Part shown: in pieces, positions 17,368 through 26,705 of the stretch
Layout of the letters: each line of letters starts with the position of its first letter
Position numbering within the stretch: the stretch's first letter is position 1
IMG/VR virus record: IMGVR_UViG_2563366888_000019
Span: 1-40,901 of that record
Length of the DNA stretch: 40,901 nucleotides
Reading direction: 5' to 3' (one strand)
DNA from: a virus
Taxonomy: Duplodnaviria > Heunggongvirae > Uroviricota > Caudoviricetes
Translations under genes and position numbers: made by a program
Notes under the pieces: generated by a model
What the model was told of the DNA's origin: nothing
Database searches by the model: none
Seen by the model: only the letters and a program-made list of their open reading frames with translations

Positions 17368-19838
17368 CAGAATCCCCCAACAGTAAGGCGAGGAATAACG
17401 GCAAGAACAGACAGCGGCAACGGGTCAAGCTGACGGATTTTTACACGCCCGTTTTTGCCCCAGTTACTGTCCAGTTTCACTTCTACTTTTCCGGTAGCAT
17501 CATCAACAGGATCATCGTAGAACTCGAATTCACGCTGTGGATATTCGTACCATTTACCGCCGGGCGTAGTCGCCCAGATGCCGCGACTGGCATTCACAAC
17601 CAGAGTAACGGACGGGATCACCTGTTTTTTGTCCAGCAGCGTTTCCTGTCCGTTAATGTTGATATCCAGTGTTTCGAATTCAGCAGTTATTGGCAGGCCG
17701 ATGTGCACAACAGCCCCCGGTGATTCCAGCGTGACGGCACCTCCGGAAACCACTTTTTGTGGTTCCACGTTCGCATCAGAGAGGATGTTTACGGTCTGGC
17801 CTTCAAGATGAGACAAGCCGCCAAATGTCCGGCGCGCCATCTGCCAGTTCGTGGTGGCCGCATTCCTGAGGGGTGGCGGGACGTTCCTGTTGGCACGAAC
17901 CACTACAGCGGTATTGCTGGTTACAGAAATAATGTCGCAACGTAATTCTTTTGACACTTCATCGCCAGCATCAGGAACAGTTCCGGTATAAGGGAACTGT
18001 AGTTGTGCGCCGACATCACTACTGGTGAAGTACGCACCACCAGAAACACTGATTGTATATTCCGCACGGTAATCCCATTCACCAGAACCACCAGTGATGG
18101 TCATCGTTCTGTCAGACGTATTTCTTCCATCATAGCTAAGGCCAGAATCAACAAAGAAAGCATCTTCATCGCTGGTAAATAAACGGCTGGACAGCCGCTC
18201 GATGTATCTCACTGTTTGCCCGTTAACGGTTCGGTTAACGACGAAATACACCGCATCTTCATTTCCTTCGCTGATACTGCATGTGCTTTCATATTTTCCG
18301 GTACTGGACTGTGGTGCCCATGCAAAAACCTGCTGATCACGCAAATAGGTCATCACGAGTAATTTACCGTCATCACGAATGCAGAAGGCACTGGAGTAAG
18401 GGACAATCGAGAAGCACCAGTCAACAATGCTGTGCTTCTGAAAAAGATGATTGGCAAGGATGGTCAGGTCGTTCCCCTGATAGCCGTCAACATCGAATGA
18501 GTAGGCCAGATCACGGACAACGCTGCCTTTCTCCTGGACGAACAAAGCAATATTCGCCACGGCAATTGGCGGGACGTTGCTTGAGCCATTTGATCCCTGA
18601 GAGCTGAATGCAAATGATGATGGGGTTAACACTTTGTTCTGGTCGCCGGTGATGACGTACTCACCTCCGGAAGTCAGCGCCACCAGCGAACCAACATCAA
18701 TCAGGTGACGGATCTCATTAACCTGACGCCCGGCATAGGTGTAGATAATTCTGTCATCATCCTGCGTAGGATTGCTTTTGCCAAAATCCTTATAATCCCC
18801 AGTACGGCTGGCCCAGATAGTCTGAGGGAACGCAGTCGATGCGGCGAAGTAAAGACGTTGTTGATAATAAACAACAGTGCCAGGATAACCATTAACACTG
18901 TTCCAGGCATATTTAGCCCATTTATAGCTGGCATTATCCTCGCCAACGACCTGCGAAGGGATATAGGAAATCACCTCAGCTGTTGCAGTAGTGCCATTTA
19001 CAGCAGTTATACGGGCAATGCCAAAACCACTGTGCAGATACTCCCACTCAATGCCAGTATCATCATCACCCGATCCACCCCAGCCATCCCATGATGTGCC
19101 TTCTGTATGCGAAGGGCGCAAAGTGCCTGTTTTGCCTGCTGTAACGGCGCGATAGTAGTTACTGTCTGCACGGCGAATATCGCCAATCGACGTACTCTTA
19201 CTGGTTTCCCATACCGGCACTGAATCCACTGCAGGCTGTTCCAGATAGAACAATTTGCCTACCTGCTCCGCGCCAAAAATAGAGGCGCTTGCCGTTAACG
19301 TAATTGTCCCGGTGCTGGCGCTGGCATAAACCGTCACTGACTCGTCAATATTGATATCTTCAAATGGCCCGTTCTTCGTTACCACATCAACCAGTTGCCA
19401 GTTGTCATGCGCATAGCGACGCAACTCTTTCGGCGGGTATGCCGGATGAACAAGCGTAAGCACGTCTGCGCTTTGCGTGAATTTAATTCGGAACAGATCG
19501 GCTTCAGTATATGGCGTGGCAATTTCATAAATAACATTGCTGCTGTTCAGCACCAACGCACCATCTTTGATAACGCGCATGTACTGGTGTCCGAACTCCA
19601 GAGCATAAGTCTGAACCGTCGAGAACTGGAACGGTATCAGGCGGCATTTCCGATTTGGGTATTTGGCGGCACCGACAAAACGCGTACCAGGTCGATTCTC
19701 AACGCCGCCATACTGCCGCACGATAAAGTTATCGCACTTGCGCAATGCCACCTGGTACTTCGCCATGTCGATACGACCGTACAACGACGGTCCAATCTCA
19801 CCACCGGCAAAGCTGGGCTGGATCCAACTGATAGCCAT
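17367..19838 (-). CDS. tail tubular protein B-like (gp12-like) (823 aa)
   Basis: size and order match T7 gp12; ATGA overlap with upstream gene. Confidence 0.5.
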   Translation of the reverse strand: MAISWIQPSFAGGEIGPSLYGRIDMAKYQVALRKCDNFIVRQYGGVENRPGTRFVGAAKYPNRKCRLIPFQFSTVQTYALEFGHQYMRVIKDGALVLNSSNVIYEIATPYTEADLFRIKFTQSADVLTLVHPAYPPKELRRYAHDNWQLVDVVTKNGPFEDINIDESVTVYASASTGTITLTASASIFGAEQVGKLFYLEQPAVDSVPVWETSKSTSIGDIRRADSNYYRAVTAGKTGTLRPSHTEGTSWDGWGGSGDDDTGIEWEYLHSGFGIARITAVNGTTATAEVISYIPSQVVGEDNASYKWAKYAWNSVNGYPGTVVYYQQRLYFAASTAFPQTIWASRTGDYKDFGKSNPTQDDDRIIYTYAGRQVNEIRHLIDVGSLVALTSGGEYVITGDQNKVLTPSSFAFSSQGSNGSSNVPPIAVANIALFVQEKGSVVRDLAYSFDVDGYQGNDLTILANHLFQKHSIVDWCFSIVPYSSAFCIRDDGKLLVMTYLRDQQVFAWAPQSSTGKYESTCSISEGNEDAVYFVVNRTVNGQTVRYIERLSSRLFTSDEDAFFVDSGLSYDGRNTSDRTMTITGGSGEWDYRAEYTISVSGGAYFTSSDVGAQLQFPYTGTVPDAGDEVSKELRCDIISVTSNTAVVVRANRNVPPPLRNAATTNWQMARRTFGGLSHLEGQTVNILSDANVEPQKVVSGGAVTLESPGAVVHIGLPITAEFETLDININGQETLLDKKQVIPSVTLVVNASRGIWATTPGGKWYEYPQREFEFYDDPVDDATGKVEVKLDSNWGKNGRVKIRQLDPLPLSVLAVIPRLTVGGF

Positions 19839-20443
19839 CAGGACAACCTCGCAATGGTAAACTCGTCAACCGGTGGCTGTGGTTCCTGTGATTCATTCTG
19901 GCTATGCGAGCCAGCACTAAGAATCACGCGATTGTACATATTGAGGGCAAACGTACCGAGGTCTGCATTCCCAGTCAGCGCCATGTTAATAGCTGCCGCA
20001 AGACGCCAGGCCAACGCCTCCATAAAAATGGCATCAAACATGTTCACATCTGAAACGCGAGAGACATACTTGAGCCATGCCTGCGGCTGGTCTGTGTAGA
20101 TCAACTTTCCTGTTCCGTTGGTGTCTGCACCAACTTCGTACTGAACGCGCATTGCTGCTGTTGGATTGCGTACACCAGGAAGCATAATTTCAGTAATGCG
20201 CAGACAATCGGACGGGTACTGGTACGCATATTCCCAGTCAGGCGGTGGATTGTTCGTATCTGCAAGCGCCACGCGTTTGGTAGCAAAGTTCCAGTCAAAA
20301 TCAGAAAGCACAGCATCACGGCAGGCCTCAAAGTGCAGCGAACATTCCCCTGCTTCCTTGCTGGCTTCCGTCAGGCTGTTAATGCTGCGGCTGTTGCCAA
20401 TATTGGACAGCGCACGATTACAGATCTCTACTACAGAGGACAT
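19838..20443 (-). CDS. tail tubular protein A-like (gp11-like) (201 aa)
   Basis: size and order match T7 gp11; ATG at 20443 overlaps upstream stop. Confidence 0.45.
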   Translation of the reverse strand: MSSVVEICNRALSNIGNSRSINSLTEASKEAGECSLHFEACRDAVLSDFDWNFATKRVALADTNNPPPDWEYAYQYPSDCLRITEIMLPGVRNPTAAMRVQYEVGADTNGTGKLIYTDQPQAWLKYVSRVSDVNMFDAIFMEALAWRLAAAINMALTGNADLGTFALNMYNRVILSAGSHSQNESQEPQPPVDEFTIARLS

Positions 20444-20766
20444 CACTCACCCCCGTTACCGTAGAGGGTTTCAGCCGCTGATTTTTCTACATCACCGGAA
20501 ACAGGAGCGATTGCCATATCAGTGATCTGCAGATCGGCGCTGCGATTAACACCATCGTCAGTTTCTCTGGCAGACAGGCCTCGAATAACAGCCTTTGCAG
20601 TTATCATCACTTCTGTTCCGACGCCCTGAGGTTGCGCCTTCAGCTTATTCAATGTGTCGTTATTCAGCGTGATGCACAGCCCCCACGGGTATTCATCGCG
20701 AGTTCTGGTTTCTCCGCTCTCATCCTGGTAGCTGTCAGTGCCGGTTTTGAGGTTTACGAGTTCCAT
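20443..20766 (-). CDS. virion-module protein (107 aa)
   Basis: GGAG SD before ATG 20766. Confidence 0.45.
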   Translation of the reverse strand: MELVNLKTGTDSYQDESGETRTRDEYPWGLCITLNNDTLNKLKAQPQGVGTEVMITAKAVIRGLSARETDDGVNRSADLQITDMAIAPVSGDVEKSAAETLYGNGGE

Positions 20767-20776
20767 ATACACTCCT

Positions 20777-20800
20777 GCAATAAAGGGGCCGAAGCCCCTT
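20777..20800 (-). terminator. intra-operon terminator/attenuator hairpin
   Basis: GGGGC-CGAA-GCCCC then T-rich on minus strand, between 20817..21152 and 20443..20766. Confidence 0.45.
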
Positions 20801-20816
20801 GTCTGATTCGCGAGGC

Positions 20817-21152
20817 TTACACGCCCAGTTCTTTACGCTTATCTGCGATCTTCTCGCGGAGCGTTTCGGCTTTGGCGTTATGGTGTGGCTTCTCGTTAAA
20901 GAGCAATTCGTACTCTTCACGGAGCTTATCCAGTTCACCATCATCTGACACATCGTTGATGATTTTGGTGCTGGTTGCTGCCATTGACACCTTTCCTGCA
21001 ACTTTTGCTTTTTCCTGTCTGGCTGCATCGTTAACAGGTTCCAGTGCGCTACCAGGCTCACCTTCGTATTCGATTTCTGCCCCCTCCGGCCACAGAGTGT
21101 TATGGATATGAGAGAGGCGCAGAACGCGGTATCTTGGTTTCTCACCTGACAT
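20817..21152 (-). CDS. virion-module protein (111 aa)
   Basis: AAGGTGA SD before ATG 21152. Confidence 0.45.
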   Translation of the reverse strand: MSGEKPRYRVLRLSHIHNTLWPEGAEIEYEGEPGSALEPVNDAARQEKAKVAGKVSMAATSTKIINDVSDDGELDKLREEYELLFNEKPHHNAKAETLREKIADKRKELGV

Positions 21153-21162
21153 CGATATCACC

Positions 21163-21600
21163 TTAACCAGTTACTTTTGAGCGGATCGGATACGGCGTAT
21201 TGGCATCAACATCAAGACTGATACCAGCAGTGAATTCGCCAGCCGTTAGTGGGCCAGTTGCGACGGAGTAGTTAACACGCAGATATCGCTGAACACCGGC
21301 AGGCACCTTTGCAGAAACAACTCGTTTACCTGCTGTCAGGGTGGTCTTTGCCAGTGCACCACTATCATAAATAGTGGTCCATGAGCTGTTATCCTCACTC
21401 GTCTGCAACTGGATGTTTACAGTTGCATCACCGCTTGCTGCGGCGGCTGTGTTAACCAGCGCCCAAAACTCAAGCGGGTAACCCACGCCGATATCACGAC
21501 GTTTTCCGTCAATTGGACCGAGATCGATTACGTCAGTAGAAGCCGCGGTATCAGTTACCGCCTGTGCTTCGGAGAACATCAACAGTTTGTCGGTGATCAT
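21163..21600 (-). CDS. virion-module protein, possible head decoration or accessory (145 aa)
   Basis: directly downstream of capsid gene; Thr/Ala/Gly-rich. Confidence 0.45.
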   Translation of the reverse strand: MITDKLLMFSEAQAVTDTAASTDVIDLGPIDGKRRDIGVGYPLEFWALVNTAAAASGDATVNIQLQTSEDNSSWTTIYDSGALAKTTLTAGKRVVSAKVPAGVQRYLRVNYSVATGPLTAGEFTAGISLDVDANTPYPIRSKVTG

Positions 21601-21651
21601 CTTCTTTCTCCATTAGTGGGTCTGTTACGACCCACAGGTTAATAACAGGCG

Positions 21652-22635
21652 TTACACCACGCGGGCTTCTGTTTCCAGAAGCGCATCAGTTTCACGGATT
21701 GGTACACCACGGAATGACGTCCACCACTCGCCTTCAGTCTCTTTTACGCTGATCGCCAGAGATGTTTTCTCCAGAGACTGCAAATCAAGAGCCTGGCCTA
21801 CAGTGCGGTTCATGTAGAACACCGGGCGCCCCATGCCACGGTTCGGAATGCGATGCAGTGCTTTAACCATCAACTTCGCAATATTTGCGGCAGAGGAAGG
21901 TTCTGAAAGATTGCTGACATCGATGTTTGCAATGCGAACAACATAACGCCAGTCACGCAGAGCAAGTCCGTTATCCCATTTGTAATGGGTGCGATAGCCT
22001 TCGTACTTGCCGCCATTAGCATCTTCCAGTGTCACCTGGCCTTTATCTTCCATCTGGATGCCAGCCTTCTGCCCTTTCGGGAAGATGCCATGCACGGTGT
22101 TTTCGCCCCACACCACTAACCAGATTGAGGTGTTATCTGTACCCGTGCCACCAGCATCAATGATGTTCTGAGCATTACCCGCAGACAGGCTGGAATAGCG
22201 GGAGGACAGTCCCATAAACTGCTGAGGGTTAACGCTGGAATCACCATAAAACAGCGTCTGCGCCATCTGCTGATTCATCGCTTCAATAAATGCGCGGTCT
22301 TCAGACAGGCGGAATTCGGCGGTATTGCCGTTCAGATCAGCCAGTGACTTATCGACTTCAGCATAGGTTTCCAGCATGCCAACGGAATCGGTGACCTGCA
22401 CCGTGGTTGATTTGCTTGGCTGTACGCCATAGTTCAGCAAACGCCAGGTAGCAGAAGGTAAACCAGAACGAATGGTGGTTCGGTGTCCGGTAGGAAGGTT
22501 TCCTTCAACAAAAGGCATATCCTGAAGAATTGGGTTAGTTTGATTGAGAAGCTCGATAATCTTATCGACTTTCCCATTTGGATCGACGCGCTTACCCCAG
22601 TCAGCCAGCGTTAGCGCAGTTAAGCCTTTAACCAT
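21652..22635 (-). CDS. major capsid protein (327 aa)
   Basis: position after scaffold, size, strong GGAG SD, hairpin immediately downstream. Confidence 0.7.
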   Translation of the reverse strand: MVKGLTALTLADWGKRVDPNGKVDKIIELLNQTNPILQDMPFVEGNLPTGHRTTIRSGLPSATWRLLNYGVQPSKSTTVQVTDSVGMLETYAEVDKSLADLNGNTAEFRLSEDRAFIEAMNQQMAQTLFYGDSSVNPQQFMGLSSRYSSLSAGNAQNIIDAGGTGTDNTSIWLVVWGENTVHGIFPKGQKAGIQMEDKGQVTLEDANGGKYEGYRTHYKWDNGLALRDWRYVVRIANIDVSNLSEPSSAANIAKLMVKALHRIPNRGMGRPVFYMNRTVGQALDLQSLEKTSLAISVKETEGEWWTSFRGVPIRETDALLETEARVV

Positions 22636-22649
22636 TGTTATCTCCTCTC

Positions 22650-23345
22650 TTATTTGCCATAGAGCACTTCGGCCGCACTACGCTGGCCTTCATTACCACC
22701 GGTGACCATGCCATCTTCAGACATCGCCTTTCCGATTTTCACGAACGTTTTGACCAGATCAGGGTGATTACCCAGCCCGGTGGTGTTCAGATATTCTTTG
22801 AGTTCAGGTGTCCCGAACTGGTCAAGCGCACGCTGTGCGGAGCTAAGGTTAGAAATCAACTTGTCGCCACCGATTTCTTTGTCAGCTTTTACATCCGCAG
22901 CCCACTGCTCGGTTGTTTTCTGCCAGGCTTCTGCCTGGCGCTGCTGAACACCTGCCAGAATCTTCGGATAAGCATCAACCAGCTTTTGCGCTTGCTCGTT
23001 GGTCAGGTTTAGTTCTCGCGCCACCGGCTCGAATTCCTTTAACGCTTCTGTATCCAGCTCTACGCCTTCGGCAGCCTGAAACTCGTACTTCTCCGGCGCA
23101 CCATCCGGTTTATCGCCGTCCTTTTTTTCACCCTGCTTATCGCTTTCAGGCTTTTTGTCATCAGCAGGTTTATCGCCATCAGCAACAGGTTGCGGCTTAT
23201 CACCTTCTTGTTGTGATGGATCACCAACTGGAGCAGGGTTATCACCTGCAGGCGCTGACGGTTCTGACGCAGCCGGAGCTGCTCCACCATCGACTGGTTG
23301 CTCATTGCAAAGACGGCGATACAGCAAACGCTCAAATAAATTCAT
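22650..23345 (-). CDS. scaffolding protein (231 aa)
   Basis: acidic Pro/Asp/Lys-rich low-complexity N-half; between portal and capsid; AGGAG SD. Confidence 0.55.
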   Translation of the reverse strand: MNLFERLLYRRLCNEQPVDGGAAPAASEPSAPAGDNPAPVGDPSQQEGDKPQPVADGDKPADDKKPESDKQGEKKDGDKPDGAPEKYEFQAAEGVELDTEALKEFEPVARELNLTNEQAQKLVDAYPKILAGVQQRQAEAWQKTTEQWAADVKADKEIGGDKLISNLSSAQRALDQFGTPELKEYLNTTGLGNHPDLVKTFVKIGKAMSEDGMVTGGNEGQRSAAEVLYGK

Positions 23346-23347
23346 GA

Positions 23348-23644
23348 TCACTCCTGTTCACTGGCCTCTTTGGCCATCTTCAAATACTGTTCAGGGCAAT
23401 GCGCCATAACGCGCTGAAACAGTTCCAGCGCCAGATTGCGTTGCCCCTCATTAAATGCCATTGCCATAGCGTCCATCGGTGAGATAGCGGAAAACACACG
23501 GCCTTTCTCCAGCACCGACCAGACAACGCGACGCCCCTGTTCACTGCTCATGACAAAGCGAATGTCATCAATTTCACGCTGTGCCATGTCACGTTGCTTA
23601 CGGGCGTTTTCTTCTTTCAGTTGATCATCTTCGTAATCTGTCAT
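23348..23644 (-). CDS. hypothetical head-module protein (98 aa)
   Basis: ATG overlaps portal stop. Confidence 0.45.
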   Translation of the reverse strand: MTDYEDDQLKEENARKQRDMAQREIDDIRFVMSSEQGRRVVWSVLEKGRVFSAISPMDAMAMAFNEGQRNLALELFQRVMAHCPEQYLKMAKEASEQE

Positions 23645-25320
23645 TGTGATTGCCCACCCTGACCACTAACTGCATTCGCCATAGCTGACAAAACACTCGG
23701 ATCCGAAGTTTTAGCTTCGCTTAGCGTCTTGGCACCCTGTGCCGCCGCCATCCCCATCGCCATCATTTGTTGCTGCTGTTGTTGCTGTGCCCGTTGCTGG
23801 CGAGCCTGCTCAACCTGTTCCTGCGGAACAATGACGGTTGGAGACACTCCGGACATATCAGCGAATGCATCGATCGCCTGATCAACGTTGAGTTTGTCGA
23901 GAGCTTCTGGTTTCGCTTGCGCAAGTTGACCAATGAAGTTAACCGTGGACGCCAGACTGGACAGGCCGATAGACTTCTGCGCCTGAGCCATGACGGAAAT
24001 GTATTCGACCTTCAGGGGCATACCTTCCATCGCGTCAGGCGGTGGCGGCAGCATGTTTTTACGCACCATCATCGAGAAAGCGCGGTCAATGAGAGGGTTA
24101 AGACATTCGTCGTTCAGACGCTCCAGAACCGGCCCCAACATCAGAAGTTTTTCTTCTTTCATTTCGATCACCGCTTCAACAGGCATCGAGCGGGTATTGA
24201 TGTTCTGCAACATCATGAACAGATCGACAAAGTAGGCGCTGTTAATGATTTGACGAGTGTCCTGAATGTCTGCTACCAGATCTGCTGTACTGGGGTTAAC
24301 CAGATAAGCAGGCCTGAAACCATCCTGACCAGTAATCTGATCGATATACGTGATGTCGCCAGGAAGAAGGGAGGCGCGCTGATTCTTGAGGGAATTCGGA
24401 GCAACCATCGGCGGATTGGTGGCTTTATCAATCAACTGCGACTTGCGCTTCTGGAGAAGCTGCAATGCCTTAACAGGTCCAAGCGCCAGCATACCCGGGC
24501 ATGATGATCCATAAACATCTTCGCCATTAACTTCCCAGCGCGGAGCCATAATTGGAAACTCATCAAATCCGGACTCACGCAACAACTTGTCGTTATCGCC
24601 ACCAACCTCGTAATAAACCGATTTGAATGGCTTGTTCTTGCTATCCAGCTTCGATGTATCGCGGTCAATGTTCGGGTAAACCGAATGCATCACGTCAATC
24701 CACTTCTCGTAGGTGCCGCTTTCCCACATGCTTTTTACGGATTCGCTGACGTTATTTAGCCCGAACTCCTGAACAAGCTGACGAACAGTCATAGAGAACT
24801 TGCGAAAACAGGTGTCCACACTGCCACGAGGTGAGTTAGCCAGGTAGTAACTGCCTATCGGGAATGGCATTGTGCGAATGATGTCCTCGTCATCCTCCAG
24901 CACCGCCATTGCACCAGTGCTGTATGTGCCGAGGCTTCCGTATAACTGCGGAAGAGACTGGTAGAGATTCGACTTATTGAACATATCGTTCATGCGGTTC
25001 TGCACCGCCTCAAGCCACAACTTAACAGGGCCATAATCCATCATTTCAGGATCTGGCGTAGCCAGGCGAAACCACGGACGCGCTGGGCTTGTGATGCCTG
25101 ACATCATGCCGCTGGCGAGAGTGCGCGCCGCCATAGTCCCGGTCGAATCAATAATGCGTGTATTGCGTCGATCGTTACGGTTGACCTCAGAAGTCAGAAA
25201 GCGGGAACCACGCGGGTTGATGTAATCACTCAACTCGCGCCAGTGCGGCTCGAACGACTGACGCTCGCTTTCAAGTTGTGCGAACTGTTTGTTCAATCGC
25301 TCTTTAGTTGTTTCCGCCAT
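23641..25320 (-). CDS. portal protein (559 aa)
   Basis: size and position as first large head gene after terminase; GGAG SD; acidic Gln-rich C-terminus. Confidence 0.75.
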   Translation of the reverse strand: MAETTKERLNKQFAQLESERQSFEPHWRELSDYINPRGSRFLTSEVNRNDRRNTRIIDSTGTMAARTLASGMMSGITSPARPWFRLATPDPEMMDYGPVKLWLEAVQNRMNDMFNKSNLYQSLPQLYGSLGTYSTGAMAVLEDDEDIIRTMPFPIGSYYLANSPRGSVDTCFRKFSMTVRQLVQEFGLNNVSESVKSMWESGTYEKWIDVMHSVYPNIDRDTSKLDSKNKPFKSVYYEVGGDNDKLLRESGFDEFPIMAPRWEVNGEDVYGSSCPGMLALGPVKALQLLQKRKSQLIDKATNPPMVAPNSLKNQRASLLPGDITYIDQITGQDGFRPAYLVNPSTADLVADIQDTRQIINSAYFVDLFMMLQNINTRSMPVEAVIEMKEEKLLMLGPVLERLNDECLNPLIDRAFSMMVRKNMLPPPPDAMEGMPLKVEYISVMAQAQKSIGLSSLASTVNFIGQLAQAKPEALDKLNVDQAIDAFADMSGVSPTVIVPQEQVEQARQQRAQQQQQQQMMAMGMAAAQGAKTLSEAKTSDPSVLSAMANAVSGQGGQSQ

Positions 25321-25334
25321 TTCAATGACTCCGG

Positions 25335-25541
25335 TTACTGACCAAGCAGCGTTTTACCGCTGGTATTAGCGGTTGATGTGTCACCCTGAGAACCGGTAAG
25401 CAGCGTAGAACTACGACCAGCAGCAGCGCGACGGCGACGAGTTTCTTCGTCGCGGGCATCAACAACGGCGGCATCCTGCTCCTGTGGTGCTGCCTGAACT
25501 TCTGGTGTTGCAGGCACTGATGGTGAGCTACCCATGCACAT
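25335..25541 (-). CDS. small acidic low-complexity protein (68 aa)
   Basis: initiation region CGGAGTCATTGA-ATG almost identical to that of the portal gene. Confidence 0.35.
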   Translation of the reverse strand: MCMGSSPSVPATPEVQAAPQEQDAAVVDARDEETRRRRAAAGRSSTLLTGSQGDTSTANTSGKTLLGQ

Positions 25542-25609
25542 ATCAATGACTCCGTACGCAATTAAATTATTACCAATTTAACCACATATGATTTATTTAT
25601 CGTAGATGG

Positions 25610-25638
25610 TTGACATTTAACGCACAAATTATTACCTT
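25610..25638 (+). promoter_or_regulatory. candidate promoter (-35 TTGACA) facing the tRNA
   Basis: TTGACA at 25610-25615; poor -10 (TACCTT) overlapping palindrome site 4. Confidence 0.3.
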
Positions 25639-25647
25639 TCAGGTAAC
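25631..25647. promoter_or_regulatory. operator-like palindrome ATTACCTTTCAGGTAAC (site 4)
   Basis: same core as site 1; between head operon start and tRNA. Confidence 0.55.
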
Positions 25648-25968
25648 CAAAGAGTTCATTCCGGTTACTAACCTGACTGGCTTGTCGTTAAATTGAACAG
25701 GTGGAGTGAGCTTTTATTTTGAGCAGTACGGCGTATGGCACATGCGCCGATAGCGGTCTGGATACGTTTAAGGGGCACCCTCCCTTGCTCGGGCAAACGA
25801 ACCAGGTAGCCGGAATGTGCAAGTCGAGCGGTTTTATTCCGCGCACGGGGATTCACCATCCCGGCGATTCGGTGTGACGCCTCGGAAGAGACGAGGGTAC
25901 AACGATGAGAGCATTTATGGAGCCGCGACAAAGTGTGGCGCCTTAACAGGCTAAGTGCTCTCAGCGTT

Positions 25969-26045
25969 GTGGCATTAGCTCAGTTGGACAGAGCAACCGC
26001 CTTCTAAGCGGTTGGTCGCAGGTTCGAATCCTGCATGCCACGCCA
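25969..26045 (+). tRNA. tRNA-Arg (anticodon UCU)
   Basis: 77 nt; acceptor stem GTGGCAT/ATGCCAC, T-loop GGTTCGAATCC, anticodon loop CTTCTAA, discriminator G and encoded CCA; close to host argU-type tRNA as recalled. Confidence 0.85.
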
Positions 26046-26088
26046 GAATCACGCCTAAGGACCGTGATGCCAGAAGTTCCAGGGGCTT

Positions 26089-26131
26089 GGCGGTGATGGT
26101 TTCCCTTGAAGGACTATCACCGCCCTTTTTA
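26089..26131 (+). terminator. rho-independent terminator after tRNA
   Basis: GGCGGTGAT...ATCACCGCC stem then CTTTTTA. Confidence 0.55.
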
Positions 26132-26208
26132 CAGCAGGACGCCATTGCGATGACTTCATGCTGTAAACCAGTACAGCCACGGAAGGCATAACTCATTGCT
26201 TCCAGTTC

Positions 26209-26232
26209 GCCCGGTTCGCCGGGCATTTTTTT
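26209..26232 (+). terminator. second rho-independent terminator
   Basis: GCCCGG-TTCG-CCGGGC then ATTTTTTT. Confidence 0.65.
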
Positions 26233-26243
26233 AAGGTGAGATT

Positions 26244-26615
26244 ATGAACGACCAGTAAATCGAAAAAGAAATCGCAGCCAAGGGTAAGACGGCGGCTCGC
26301 GTTACTCCTGAACACATTGCCAGCATAATCGCCAGCGAACATTACTTTACGGCCGCTGATGGTGCTCGCTTTGCTCATGTGCAGAGAAGCGAAACATACA
26401 GCGTAAAAATCCCAGACCAGCCTGACGAGCTGGAGCTGCTGACATTCTGCGTACTGGTGCTGAAGAATGGCTTCACTGTCACCGGAGAGAGTGCCTGTGC
26501 AAGTCCGGAAAATTTTGATGCAGAAATTGGTCGGAAGATTGCCCGGCAGAATGCTGTAAACAAAATCTGGATGCTTGAAGGTTACTTGCTGAAGCAGAAG
26601 TTAAGCGAGCAATAA
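26244..26615 (+). pseudogene. 123-codon ORF interrupted by in-frame TAA at codon 5 (alternatively a 78-aa CDS from GTG 26379)
   Basis: AAGGTGAG SD then ATG AAC GAC CAG TAA; same frame stays open and protein-like for 119 codons. Confidence 0.4.
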
Positions 26616-26635
26616 CACATTGACATGTCACAAAC

Positions 26636-26663
26636 AGCCAGCCGATGAGCTGGCTTTGTTTTA
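26636..26663 (+). terminator. rho-independent terminator
   Basis: AGCCAGC-CGATGA-GCTGGCT then TTGTTTT. Confidence 0.6.
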
Positions 26664-26705
26664 TCCTCATCAGAGGATATCAACGACATTATCCCCACCA
26701 GCGGA

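Noticed and set aside
25969-26045. tRNA-Arg as the integration site (attL/attR) of this prophage
   Set aside because: It lies in the middle of the late operon between terminase and portal, and the integrase is about 14 kb away at the opposite end; it behaves as phage cargo, not as a junction
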